A stretch of 64,000 nt of DNA from Cyanobacteria bacterium SIG28 (lineage in GTDB: Bacteria; Cyanobacteriota; Vampirovibrionia; Gastranaerophilales; Gastranaerophilaceae): positions 39,986 to 103,985 of the forward strand of contig SUTU01000006.1 of assembly GCA_015152525.1 (NCBI GenBank). The letters are read 5' to 3'. The notes beneath the pieces are model-generated. The model did not search any database, was not told where the DNA came from, and saw nothing but the letters and a program-made list of their open reading frames with translations. A program made the position numbers and the translations under genes. This document shows positions 38,388 to 47,815 of the stretch, piece by piece; the first letter of the stretch is position 1; the number at the start of each line of letters is the position of its first letter.

Positions 38388-40235
38388 ATGGTCTGTTTAA
38401 TTTGTAAAAAAGATACAAAAGTTATTAAAGATGCACTAAAAGCGTTGGGAAAAGATAACTTCGCATTAATCGTTCATGGTAGCAGTTTTCCTGCTTGCGA
38501 CGGTGAAGATACAGGATTTGGTTCATTCAATTCAGAATCAGGTCATAAACTAATTGATTATGCTTCAGAAATCTTCAATGCAATCCAACTTGGACCTGCA
38601 GGTAAAACAAAAGTTTCTGATTCTTCACCATATTGCGGAACAATTTTTTCTGGAAACCCATTGTTTATTGATTTAAAACAATTAACTACTAAAGAATGGG
38701 GCGAAATCCTTTCTATCGAAACTTTCAAAAAAATCGTTAGAGAAAACCCTAAACAAAATTCCGGAAAAACTGCTTATTCATACATCAGTTTAGCTCAAAT
38801 ATCCGCTCTTAAAGAAGCTTGGAACAACTTTAAAGGTTCAAAACTTCTTAAAAAAGAATTTGAAAAATTCAAGAAAGAAAACTCTTTCTGGTTAGAGAAC
38901 GATTCTTTATATGAAGCTCTTTCAATCGAAAACGGTGGTGATTTCTGGTATATTTGGAAAAACGAAACCGATAAAAATCTTCTAAATCCAAAATCAGAAG
39001 ATGAAAAAGCTATATATGAAAAACGTATTTCTGAAATCAAAGAAAAATATGCAGACGATATAGAATTTTATAAATTCTGCCAATTTGTTCTTGAAGTTCA
39101 AAACGAAGCAACAAAGAAATTTGCGCTTAAAAAAGGTATAAAAATGATAGCTGACCGCCAAGTAGCGTTTTCAGACAGAGATGCTTGGGCTTATCAGTCA
39201 TTATTCTTGGACGGTTGGTATTTAGGTTGTCCGCCTGATTATTTCTCTAAAAACGGTCAAGCTTGGGGCTTCCCTGTAATGGATCCTGAAAAAATGTACA
39301 ACGCTGACGGTTCTTTGGGTGAAGGCGGAATCTTAATGAAAAACCTTTACAAAAAAATGTTCAAAGAAAACCCTGGTGGGGTTAGAATTGACCACATTGT
39401 AGGTTTAATCGACCCTTGGGTTTACAAAGTTGGTAAAAAACCTATGTGCGAAGACGGTGCAGGCAGACTTTATTCATCTCCTGAACATCCGGAACTTTCT
39501 AAATACGCAATTGCTCGCAATGAAGATTTAGACTGGACTTTAGAAGGTGATAAAGAAAAAAGAGTTAAAACTTTATCTGATGAACAAATCAAACTATATG
39601 GCAGATTGATTGAAAAAATCGTTATTGCGGCAGCTAAAGAATGTGGCTTAGATAAAAATGCCATTGTTTGCGAAGATTTAGGAACTCTAACAAACCCTGT
39701 TGCGGCTGTTATGGAAAAATACGAATTACAAGGTATGAGATTAACTCAGTTTGTAATCCCTGAAAAACCGGAACACCCTTATCGTTGTAAAAACATCGGT
39801 GAAAATGTTTGGAATATGGTTGGTACACACGATAACAACCCTATCGAAATGTGGGCTGAAAAAATGATTAATACTCATGAAGGTTATTTACATGCTAAAA
39901 ACCTTGTTGAAGATTTATTCTCAGAAGCTGAAAACAAGGATGATATTATTGTTAAACTAACTCAAGACAAAGACTATTTAGTTTTTGTTAAGTTGACAGA
40001 ACTTTTTGCTTCAAAAGCAAGAAACGTCCAAATGTTCTTTACAGACTACTTTAAAATTAAAGAAACTTACAACACACCAGGAACTTCAGGTGATCAAAAC
40101 TGGTCTTTAAGACTTCCTAATAATTTTAAAGATTTGCAACCGATTGATTTGTCAGCTATATTGAAAGCTGCAATCATTGCAAGAGGTAAAGAATTTGCTA
40201 AAAAACATGCAATTTTGATTGAAAAATTAGGTTAA
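38388..40235 (+). CDS. malQ: 4-alpha-glucanotransferase (GH77 amylomaltase)
   Basis: GQAWGFPV, GGVRIDHIVGL, CEDLGT and GTHDN motifs. Confidence 0.85.
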   Translation: MVCLICKKDTKVIKDALKALGKDNFALIVHGSSFPACDGEDTGFGSFNSESGHKLIDYASEIFNAIQLGPAGKTKVSDSSPYCGTIFSGNPLFIDLKQLTTKEWGEILSIETFKKIVRENPKQNSGKTAYSYISLAQISALKEAWNNFKGSKLLKKEFEKFKKENSFWLENDSLYEALSIENGGDFWYIWKNETDKNLLNPKSEDEKAIYEKRISEIKEKYADDIEFYKFCQFVLEVQNEATKKFALKKGIKMIADRQVAFSDRDAWAYQSLFLDGWYLGCPPDYFSKNGQAWGFPVMDPEKMYNADGSLGEGGILMKNLYKKMFKENPGGVRIDHIVGLIDPWVYKVGKKPMCEDGAGRLYSSPEHPELSKYAIARNEDLDWTLEGDKEKRVKTLSDEQIKLYGRLIEKIVIAAAKECGLDKNAIVCEDLGTLTNPVAAVMEKYELQGMRLTQFVIPEKPEHPYRCKNIGENVWNMVGTHDNNPIEMWAEKMINTHEGYLHAKNLVEDLFSEAENKDDIIVKLTQDKDYLVFVKLTELFASKARNVQMFFTDYFKIKETYNTPGTSGDQNWSLRLPNNFKDLQPIDLSAILKAAIIARGKEFAKKHAILIEKLG

Positions 40236-40253
40236 TTAAAACTGAAAATACAA

Positions 40254-40288
40254 TAAAAAAGATGCGTTATTCAACGCATCTTTTTTTG
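40254..40288. terminator. Bidirectional terminator between malQ (+) and the acidic protein gene (-)
   Basis: A-run, GATGCGTT-ATTC-AACGCATC, then T7. Confidence 0.8.
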
Positions 40289-40317
40289 TCTTTTTTATTC
40301 AATATTTAAGAACTATT

Positions 40318-40971
40318 TTAAGGATTGCCTAGTCTGTTAATACCGGTAAACGGACTAAAATTCTTATTCTTTTCTTCTATTGTTTCTTGTTCATATGATA
40401 CACGCTCTTTAAGTACCCATTTATCATTTTCATTACGAGTATAAATCAATTGTGCATCATTTGTTTCGACAATTTTTTCATCATATTTACCGTCTAAGTC
40501 GTTATCGGTTTGAATTACATGATTACCGTTTATCCATTCACTTGTTACTCTGCTATCAGCTTTACCGTCATAATCTTTGTCAACAAGTTCATCAGTTACA
40601 GATGTCGCTTCTTCCTCTTCTGTATAACGTGCTGATATTGGCTGACCCTTTTCATCAAATGTTACTGCATATCTTGAATCATTAGTGATTGTTGTTACAA
40701 CTTTATTACCATCAATATCTTGGCCATCTTCAATATAAGCACCTTCTTCATCAGGTTCAACTGTTAGCATTTCTAATTCTTGGGCTTCGTTCATTAATTT
40801 TTCGAATAATTTAAGTTCAACATTATTTGTAATTTTTTTATCTCTATCGTCTTCAATAAAATTGAAAACAGAAGTCGGCATTTGTTGCACTTCACTCTTA
40901 AATTTTTCCAAATCCATACCAATTTTGATTTCAGTAGATTTGCCAGTTGTACCATGAACTTCTAATCCCAT
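40318..40971 (-). CDS. Hypothetical acidic protein with repeated DxDGxxD-type motifs
   Basis: DIDGNK, DKDYDGKAD and DNDLDGKYDEK suggest Ca-binding-like repeats. No signal peptide. Confidence 0.45.
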   Translation of the reverse strand: MGLEVHGTTGKSTEIKIGMDLEKFKSEVQQMPTSVFNFIEDDRDKKITNNVELKLFEKLMNEAQELEMLTVEPDEEGAYIEDGQDIDGNKVVTTITNDSRYAVTFDEKGQPISARYTEEEEATSVTDELVDKDYDGKADSRVTSEWINGNHVIQTDNDLDGKYDEKIVETNDAQLIYTRNENDKWVLKERVSYEQETIEEKNKNFSPFTGINRLGNP

Positions 40972-41158
40972 AATTTTCTCCTTTTCCTTTTGTGTTTGTA
41001 TAAAAACTACTTAACTAATATTTGTTGTAAATTATAATTCCCCGTTTAATAAAACAAAATTTATTAATGATATATTGATAAAGTTCTTCATTAAAAAATA
41101 ATTGCCTATTTTTTTTGTTTTGTTAAGAAATTGTTACAAATATTGGATACAAAGAATT

Positions 41159-41620
41159 AAAAAAGGTCGGAGATCCAGCTTATTGAAAACCCTCGGAATT
41201 TGTCTTAATTGGCTGGATCCCCAAACCTAACGGTTTGAGGATGACGGGTGAGCCGGTAGCTCTGACCAACCAAAAACCTCGTCATTCTCAGCGCTTGCGC
41301 TGGGAATCCAGCTAATGTTAAAAATAGCTGGTATAGAAAATGTAAACCAAATAATTATTCAATCAGCTGGACCCCCAAACCTAACGGTTTGAGGATGACG
41401 GGTGAGCTTGTAGGCAACACCAACAAACTTGCTCCGCTTGATGAAAAAAGGTCGGAGATCCAGCTTATTGAAAACCCCTGGAATTTGTCTTAATTGGCTG
41501 GATCCCCAAACCTAACGGTTTGAGGATGACGGGTGAGCCGGTAGCTCTGACCAACCAAAAACCTCGTTATTCCCAGCCTTCGGCTGAGAATGACAAGTTT
41601 TTGGGGGTTGGTCAACCTTT
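41159..41620. repeat. Third cluster of the REP/REPIN-like family (divergent subfamily), including a ~124-bp direct repeat with 285-bp period
   Basis: Copies at 41159-41282 and 41444-41567 are nearly identical. A full inverted pair sits between them and a collapsed unit at the end. Confidence 0.9.
41281..41399. repeat. REPIN-like inverted pair, subfamily variant
   Basis: GTCATTCTCAGCGCTTGCGCTGGGAATCCAGC ... AGCTGGACCCCCAAACCTAACGGTTTGAGGATGAC. The spacer shares AATGTTAAAA and AACCAAATAATTATTCAA with the 6.2-kb copies. Confidence 0.8.
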
Positions 41621-41711
41621 TTGCAAAAAATAAAATCCTCTAAACAGTTGATAACAAACAAAAAAAAATATATAATAATGATATTGGGAAACTAGGGGAG
41701 ATTAGGGTCTC

Positions 41712-42068
41712 ATGTTTAACAATATTAACGACAACAACAATGATTTACTTTACAATACTCAGTTAGAAAAACAGAGTAATGTAATTAATCTTGCCGCAAT
41801 GAGAGCTAATGCTCAAAGAAATGCGTATGCGGCTAATTCAAATCCATATGTTGACAGAACTGAAATTTCATCAAGCGCAATAGAATTATTTCAAAAAGAT
41901 TGCGATATTAACAAGTTCAACAAAATTGCATTAAGCGATATGGACGACTTATCCCACTTAGACAGAATGAACGAATTATTTGAACAAGGTGTGATTGACG
42001 TTTGGGAAGATGATGTTATCTCTGAGCTTGTAACAAATTCTAAACTATGGGATGATTTAGAGCTGTAA
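41712..42068 (+). CDS. Hypothetical 118-aa protein; weak FlgM (anti-sigma-28)-like C-terminal pattern
   Basis: VDRTEISSSAIELFQK...LDRMNELFEQGVIDVWEDDVISELV loosely parallels the FlgM pattern (v.lS..a..l ... V..lk.aI..G.y.vd...ia..l). Confidence 0.3.
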   Translation: MFNNINDNNNDLLYNTQLEKQSNVINLAAMRANAQRNAYAANSNPYVDRTEISSSAIELFQKDCDINKFNKIALSDMDDLSHLDRMNELFEQGVIDVWEDDVISELVTNSKLWDDLEL

Positions 42069-42086
42069 GCGTGTTAAAATACAGCT

Positions 42087-43271
42087 ATGACAAATTCTGA
42101 TTATTATATTCAGGATAATTCTGAAATAGAAGCTACAAAGTTCGAAGCAGCAAAGGGATTGTATCAGTCGGGAAATTATTCGGGTGCTTTGAAGCTTTAT
42201 CTTGACTTGGTCAGCGCAAGCACTTCATACAAATTGTATTACGAAATCGGACGCTGTTACTATAAGCTTTTAGATATTAATAATTCAGAACTTTATTTTA
42301 TGCGTTCAATTGCGTTGGTTGCTCACAAAAATCCTTCTTATCTGTTTTTAGGTAATATTTTCCACAAGCGAGGCGAGCTTAGAAAAGCAATGGAATACTG
42401 GGCAAAAGCGTTTTCTTTTAAACCGGATGAAGAGCTGGCTTGTCTTAATCTCGCAACTTCATATTTTTCCAGAGATATGAAATTTCAAGCAATTTTTTAT
42501 TACGAAAAATATCTAAGATGTGCTAAGGATAAAAATTCTTCTTATTATCTTGAAATAAAAAAGACTATAGATGAATTTTCAAAAATCGGAAAAGATTTTT
42601 ATCAAAAAGCCCAAAAATCAATATCTATGAAAGATTTTGATACTGCTATACAGAGTTTAGAATATGCTGCCAAAAATTATCCGGTTAGTTTTGATATTAA
42701 TTTTCTTTTAGGAAAACTATATTATGATAAGAAAGAGTTTTTAAAAGCATCAATTTATTTGAAACAAGCTTTTTGTTTAGATAACAAATCCTTGGATGTT
42801 TTGCAAATGCTTTCAACTGCACTTCTTGAAGCGGGTGATTTTACAGCAGGTTATTGTTGTATGAGAAGGATTTTGCCACTTATAGTTAATAATCCCAAAA
42901 AATATCTTGAAGTTACACAAACTACAAAACATTTAGAAGACAGTTTCGACAAATTCAGCTCACAAGGTCATAGACGTTGGGCTGATACATATTATAATGA
43001 AAACAACTATCATTTTGCGTTGTATGAATATGAAAACTGTTTAATTATTGACGGAAATATTGAAAATAATTACTCGGATTTAATTGACAAAGTTCGCTCT
43101 TATATAAATCCGGAAGAGAGAATTATCAAAGCATGTTTTGAAAAAGGAACTACTTTACATTCAAACGGAAATTATAGAGAAGCTAACAAATATTTTTCTA
43201 AGATATTAAAATTATCCAACGAAAATTCTTCTGATTACAAATTTGCAAAATCAAGGTTAGTAGATGTTTAA
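42087..43271 (+). CDS. Tetratricopeptide-repeat protein
   Basis: Multiple ~34-aa repeats with the A/Y/L spacing typical of TPR (YYEIGRCYYKL, AMEYWAKAFSFKP, GKLYYDKKEFLKASIYLKQA). Confidence 0.7.
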   Translation: MTNSDYYIQDNSEIEATKFEAAKGLYQSGNYSGALKLYLDLVSASTSYKLYYEIGRCYYKLLDINNSELYFMRSIALVAHKNPSYLFLGNIFHKRGELRKAMEYWAKAFSFKPDEELACLNLATSYFSRDMKFQAIFYYEKYLRCAKDKNSSYYLEIKKTIDEFSKIGKDFYQKAQKSISMKDFDTAIQSLEYAAKNYPVSFDINFLLGKLYYDKKEFLKASIYLKQAFCLDNKSLDVLQMLSTALLEAGDFTAGYCCMRRILPLIVNNPKKYLEVTQTTKHLEDSFDKFSSQGHRRWADTYYNENNYHFALYEYENCLIIDGNIENNYSDLIDKVRSYINPEERIIKACFEKGTTLHSNGNYREANKYFSKILKLSNENSSDYKFAKSRLVDV

Positions 43272-43695
43272 AAAATTAAAAAAATATTTTTATTTATATA
43301 TTCTTAGAAGAAAATATTACAGAGTCGGAAAGTGTAATGCTTGCGGAAGATGCTGTCAAAAAATTTATGTTAAGCATAAAGAAGTTATACAAACCGAAGA
43401 GGAATTTAGAAAATTACAAAAACTACATCCGTTTTATACCTACCTAACAATAATTGACAAAGATGAAACCGGATTAGTTTTTGAATGTATGAATTTGGAT
43501 AAAGAAACCAACAAATGCAAAATCCATAAAAAACGCCCCGGAATTTGTCGTCGTTATCCGCAAGAAGAGTTGTTTATGATGGGTGGAAATTTAGCAGAAC
43601 ACTGCGGTTACAGACTTGAGCCAATTGAAAGTTTTGAAGAAGTTTTTAACAAAGTTCAAAAACAAACAAAAAAAAAGGACAACTTCTGTCCTTAA
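43264..43695 (+). CDS. YkgJ-family (CxxCxxCC) cysteine-cluster protein
   Basis: CNACGRCCQK near the N-terminus and a later C...C..HK.RP.ICR.YP pattern. Overlaps the TPR gene by 8 nt. Confidence 0.65.
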   Translation: MFKKLKKYFYLYILRRKYYRVGKCNACGRCCQKIYVKHKEVIQTEEEFRKLQKLHPFYTYLTIIDKDETGLVFECMNLDKETNKCKIHKKRPGICRRYPQEELFMMGGNLAEHCGYRLEPIESFEEVFNKVQKQTKKKDNFCP

Positions 43696-43772
43696 AATGG
43701 TAAGTATATAAAAATTGTAGACTAAACTTTTTAAGCGTACAGGCTCTTCATCCGTGATAAGCCCGTACTTAT

Positions 43773-44891
43773 TTATTGAATATAGTTTAATAAACTCATA
43801 TTCATTGATGCTGAACTAACTTGCAAACTTGCTTGATAAGCATATTGAGCGTTCATCCATTGAGTAATGGCTTCCGCATAATCTATATCTTGAGTCTGAG
43901 AAAGATATGCAGTTAAGTTTTCGTTATTTGTTTCAAGAGTTGATGTTGTCATCTCCAAACGGTTTGCAATACCGCCGAATTTAGTTTGTTCTGTTGTAAT
44001 TGTATCCAATGAATTTGAAAATTCATCAAGACTTGCATTCATTTGGTCATAACCTTCTTGAACTTCACCGCCAAGAACCTTTTCAATACCATGGCTCAAC
44101 ATTCTTAAAGCACCTAAAACACCTGAATATTTTTCCTCACCGGTATAAACTTTTTCTAAATCAGTTGGTTTACCTGTATATTCAGAATCATCATCTTCAT
44201 AAGCATAAGTTTTTAAACCTGTTGCTTGATCAACTGTTTCTATAACTCTTCTATCGTTATCATTAGGATCTGTGAAAACTTTTTTGCCGTCATCATTAGT
44301 TTCCTGAACTTTTTCATAAGAACCGAAAACTCTATCACCTGTTGTATTGATAATTTCAAAAACGCCGTCAGATACTTCTGTTTGTCTTATGTAATCTTCA
44401 TTGGCATAAGGAGTTCCGTTGTATGTAATGCTACCATCTTCTTCAATTGTAAACGGAACTGTTTTAGTATTAGCGCCGGAAAAAATGTAGTTATCATTAT
44501 ATTCTGAATTTGCTAAATCAACTATTGTTTTTGCAATTTCATCAATTTCAACTTGTAAGGCTTTTAAAGAAGAATCATTATAAGTTTGGTTATTAGCTTG
44601 AATTGCTTTGTCCCAAGCCTTTGATAAATAACCGGAAGCTAATGAGAGCAAATCATCTAAAGCACTTAACTCTGCAGAAGCTAAACCAACATTTTCTTCA
44701 AAAATTTCAATTTGACCAAGCTGTTTATTTGTATTTAAAATATTTACAGTTGCAATCGGGTCATCAGTTATACTTGTAATTTTGTTTCCTGATGAAAGTT
44801 GTGCTGTTAATTTATTAAAATTATATTGATTCATTTGCATATCTGCTACTAATTGAGCATATCTTGAACTGGAAGTAATTCTATCTACCAT
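43773..44891 (-). CDS. flgL: Flagellar hook-associated protein 3
   Basis: N-terminal RITSSSRY...QLSSGNKITSITDDPIA and a flagellin-like C-terminal helix. Confidence 0.8.
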   Translation of the reverse strand: MVDRITSSSRYAQLVADMQMNQYNFNKLTAQLSSGNKITSITDDPIATVNILNTNKQLGQIEIFEENVGLASAELSALDDLLSLASGYLSKAWDKAIQANNQTYNDSSLKALQVEIDEIAKTIVDLANSEYNDNYIFSGANTKTVPFTIEEDGSITYNGTPYANEDYIRQTEVSDGVFEIINTTGDRVFGSYEKVQETNDDGKKVFTDPNDNDRRVIETVDQATGLKTYAYEDDDSEYTGKPTDLEKVYTGEEKYSGVLGALRMLSHGIEKVLGGEVQEGYDQMNASLDEFSNSLDTITTEQTKFGGIANRLEMTTSTLETNNENLTAYLSQTQDIDYAEAITQWMNAQYAYQASLQVSSASMNMSLLNYIQ

Positions 44892-44894
44892 TTA

Positions 44895-46625
44895 TTAACC
44901 TCCTAAAGCTATTAAAGTATCTAAACAAGTATTACAAGTATTAAACACCTGCGCCGCTGCAGAATATGCAGTTTGATATTTTACCAAATCTACAAGCTCT
45001 TCGTTTAAATCAACGCTATTGCGACTTTTTATCTGATTGTATACTGAATCCACAACGCTTGATTGTGTATCAACAAGTGCTTGACCGTTGCTGCCACCTG
45101 CACCTATTTTTCCTAACAAACCTGTATAACAATCTTCAATTGTCATACCGTTAAGATTTTGCATACCGTCTTTTCCGTCAAATTTATGAGTTCTTGCCTT
45201 TAACATACTTACAACGTTTTGAGAGTTACCGATTGCATTAACATCAAAATTCGGCGGAACATCCAAGTCATTCGGATTGTCAAAGTAAGCACAAGCCAAG
45301 CTCCAATGACCGTTATCTGTTAATAAATTTGAATTAACAGCAATGTTACCGGCTGTAACTTTGTCTTTTAACTCGTAACCGATAATTGTATTATCATCCG
45401 GATTAATAATTGCTTTTGCCTCACCAAAAATAAAATTATCTTCTGTTGTTGCCTTTAATTTTCCGGTTTCGTTCGGATCAATACAGTAAGCACCTTTACG
45501 TGTATTTATACCGTTAAAAATATCAACAAGGGCTTGAGCTATATTATCAAGAGTATCTTTAGCAATACCGACATTTATTCCATCTGCATCTAAATCACCG
45601 GAGTGCAACATACCACCTAAAGAACCACTGGTAATTAACGGATTAGCATCCTGAACAAGAATATCAGTGTCATCCTTAGGATTTACAATACTCAATACAG
45701 CATTTTCTCTCGGTATTGTATCACCGTTTTCATCCGTAATCGGTACACCGTTTTCATCACGAACTACCCAATCATCAGGATAATTAACATAAACATCATC
45801 ATATGTATTTACATATTGTTCAGCAGTATAAAGTCTAAGTTCGCCTTTAACTACAGAACCACTGACCATTTCAACACCGCCAACATATAAATCTACAGAA
45901 CCATTTGGTTTTTCATCAATATTTATATCAACAAATTCTGCAATCTCATTTAATACCATATCACGCTTATCAAGCAAATTATTTGCTTCCAACGAACCGG
46001 TTTGAGTAATTGTAAGAGCTCTGTTAATCTCTGCTAACTCTTCTAATTTGTCATTAAATACTTCATATTGATTATATATTTTTGAATTTTGAAGCGCTTC
46101 AATACTTTCACCATCCCCTAAAGCTTTTGAGCCAAGTTCATCTAATTGAGAACTTTTTGCATTCAAAGTTGCTGTTAAAGTTTTTGCACTTTCAATAAAA
46201 TTAACTCTGGCAGTTGAACTTGCAGGATATTCATTTAAGTTATTAACCGCATCATAAAAAGAAGCCAAAGCATCAGAAATTCCTTTACCTTCCAAATCTT
46301 CAAAAATATTAGCTAAATCACCAATATTACCCAACTCTTCTTCGTATTGTTTTAACAAAGAAAGTTGATCACGATAATAATTATTCAAATAACTATCACT
46401 ATAACGAGTTACACTGGCAATCTTAACACCACCGTTTGCTCGAATTTGTGCTTCAGTATTATTACCAATTGCACCGGCAATATTTCTTGTTGCAAGATTT
46501 ACCTTTTGTTTTGAATAACCTTCTGTATTCATATTAGCAACGTTATGCGAAACTACACTAATTGCAGATTCATTAACGTGTAATGCGTTCGATGTAATAT
46601 TTAAAGCATTGAATAAGCTAACCAT
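44895..46625 (-). CDS. flgK: Flagellar hook-associated protein 1
   Basis: LFNALNITSNAL......ISVVSHNVANMNTEGYSKQ at the N-terminus and VDLNEELVDLVKYQTAYSAAAQV at the C-terminus. Confidence 0.9.
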   Translation of the reverse strand: MVSLFNALNITSNALHVNESAISVVSHNVANMNTEGYSKQKVNLATRNIAGAIGNNTEAQIRANGGVKIASVTRYSDSYLNNYYRDQLSLLKQYEEELGNIGDLANIFEDLEGKGISDALASFYDAVNNLNEYPASSTARVNFIESAKTLTATLNAKSSQLDELGSKALGDGESIEALQNSKIYNQYEVFNDKLEELAEINRALTITQTGSLEANNLLDKRDMVLNEIAEFVDINIDEKPNGSVDLYVGGVEMVSGSVVKGELRLYTAEQYVNTYDDVYVNYPDDWVVRDENGVPITDENGDTIPRENAVLSIVNPKDDTDILVQDANPLITSGSLGGMLHSGDLDADGINVGIAKDTLDNIAQALVDIFNGINTRKGAYCIDPNETGKLKATTEDNFIFGEAKAIINPDDNTIIGYELKDKVTAGNIAVNSNLLTDNGHWSLACAYFDNPNDLDVPPNFDVNAIGNSQNVVSMLKARTHKFDGKDGMQNLNGMTIEDCYTGLLGKIGAGGSNGQALVDTQSSVVDSVYNQIKSRNSVDLNEELVDLVKYQTAYSAAAQVFNTCNTCLDTLIALGG

Positions 46626-46674
46626 ATTTATTTACCTCAACAAAATATTTTGAAACCTTCGGATTAATCTAATC

Positions 46675-47175
46675 CTAGATTTCTTCATTTATTGTCCACA
46701 TGTCTAAATCATGTGTGTCTGTAGTTTTTCCTGCACCGTTATAGATACTTCCTTGAGGTGCAAATGCATTCACAACTGTTTCCAACATCTTGTTGGTAAT
46801 TATGATGCCATGTTTTATCAATTCCACATTTTGATTATTTAATAACACTAACTCGTCTAAAATTTTACAAATCTTAACTTTTCTTAACATTAAAGCTTCT
46901 TTTTGGTCAGGTTGATTTGCCTCTGCAAAGCTTATAAATTCTGACATTGAACCGTTTTTACCAAGCAGTTCTTCTGATATGTTTTTTCTTGAGTTATTTA
47001 GCTTAACAATTGTTTCGTTCATAGCTAAAATTTTATTATCAAGAACACCCAAATCATCAGTTTTAGCTTTTTTAAGAATTTCACGTTTTTCCTCAAAAAG
47101 ATTTCTAAGGTTTGTGTAAGCATCTATTTCTTTATCAAGTATTGTTATTAATTTTCTAAATTGTGTTGAATACAT
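46675..47175 (-). CDS. flgN: FlgN-like flagellar export chaperone
   Basis: 166-aa helical protein sitting immediately upstream of flgK. The LITILDKEIDAYTNLRNLFEEKREIL pattern matches the FlgN family. Confidence 0.55.
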   Translation of the reverse strand: MYSTQFRKLITILDKEIDAYTNLRNLFEEKREILKKAKTDDLGVLDNKILAMNETIVKLNNSRKNISEELLGKNGSMSEFISFAEANQPDQKEALMLRKVKICKILDELVLLNNQNVELIKHGIIITNKMLETVVNAFAPQGSIYNGAGKTTDTHDLDMWTINEEI

Positions 47176-47190
47176 CTATAAAACCTCTAA

Positions 47191-47805
47191 TTAGAACAGA
47201 TATCTAACAAATCTGTTAATAATACCTTCATTTTGGCTTCTTGAAACAGTTCCTCTACCTGATAGAGCAAATTGCAGATTAGAAACATTATAAGAATAAA
47301 TTTCTCCGTCAACGTTTAACCAGCGAGGGTCTACAACACCGGTTACAACAAAATCTAATCTTTCATTACCATTAACAAGAGTTTTCTTGCCTTGAACAGA
47401 TAAGTTTCCGTTAGGAAGTTGCTGTACAACTTGCACTGCAATTTTATCACCTAAAGTCATTGCTCTGGATCCAACTGCAGAATTTGAAACCTCATTAGAA
47501 CCACCAAAACCGTCAGTTCCTTTAAGTGATAAACCGAACCATTTATTTAAAAATGTTGTAAAAGTATCAACCGTTGTAGATGATTTTTCAGAAGAATAAG
47601 CTAAATTATCGCTTAATGAGATATTTTCATCCATAATTATTGAAATCAAATCACCAATTTGTCTTGCTTGAACACCGCCAAACAATGAGCGTGGCGTACC
47701 TTGATAATGTTGAGATGCGCCTAAAGTAAATAATGATTCAGCTTGCACTGTCGGAACTGCAATCATCGTCATTAATATTAGTGTTGATACTATTAATTTT
47801 TTCAT
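47191..47805 (-). CDS. flgH: Flagellar L-ring protein
   Basis: Signal peptide, ARQIGDLISIIMDENISLS, and the C-terminal IAVQVVQQLPNGNLSVQGKK pattern. Confidence 0.85.
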   Translation of the reverse strand: MKKLIVSTLILMTMIAVPTVQAESLFTLGASQHYQGTPRSLFGGVQARQIGDLISIIMDENISLSDNLAYSSEKSSTTVDTFTTFLNKWFGLSLKGTDGFGGSNEVSNSAVGSRAMTLGDKIAVQVVQQLPNGNLSVQGKKTLVNGNERLDFVVTGVVDPRWLNVDGEIYSYNVSNLQFALSGRGTVSRSQNEGIINRFVRYLF

Positions 47806-47815
47806 ATTTCCTCCA

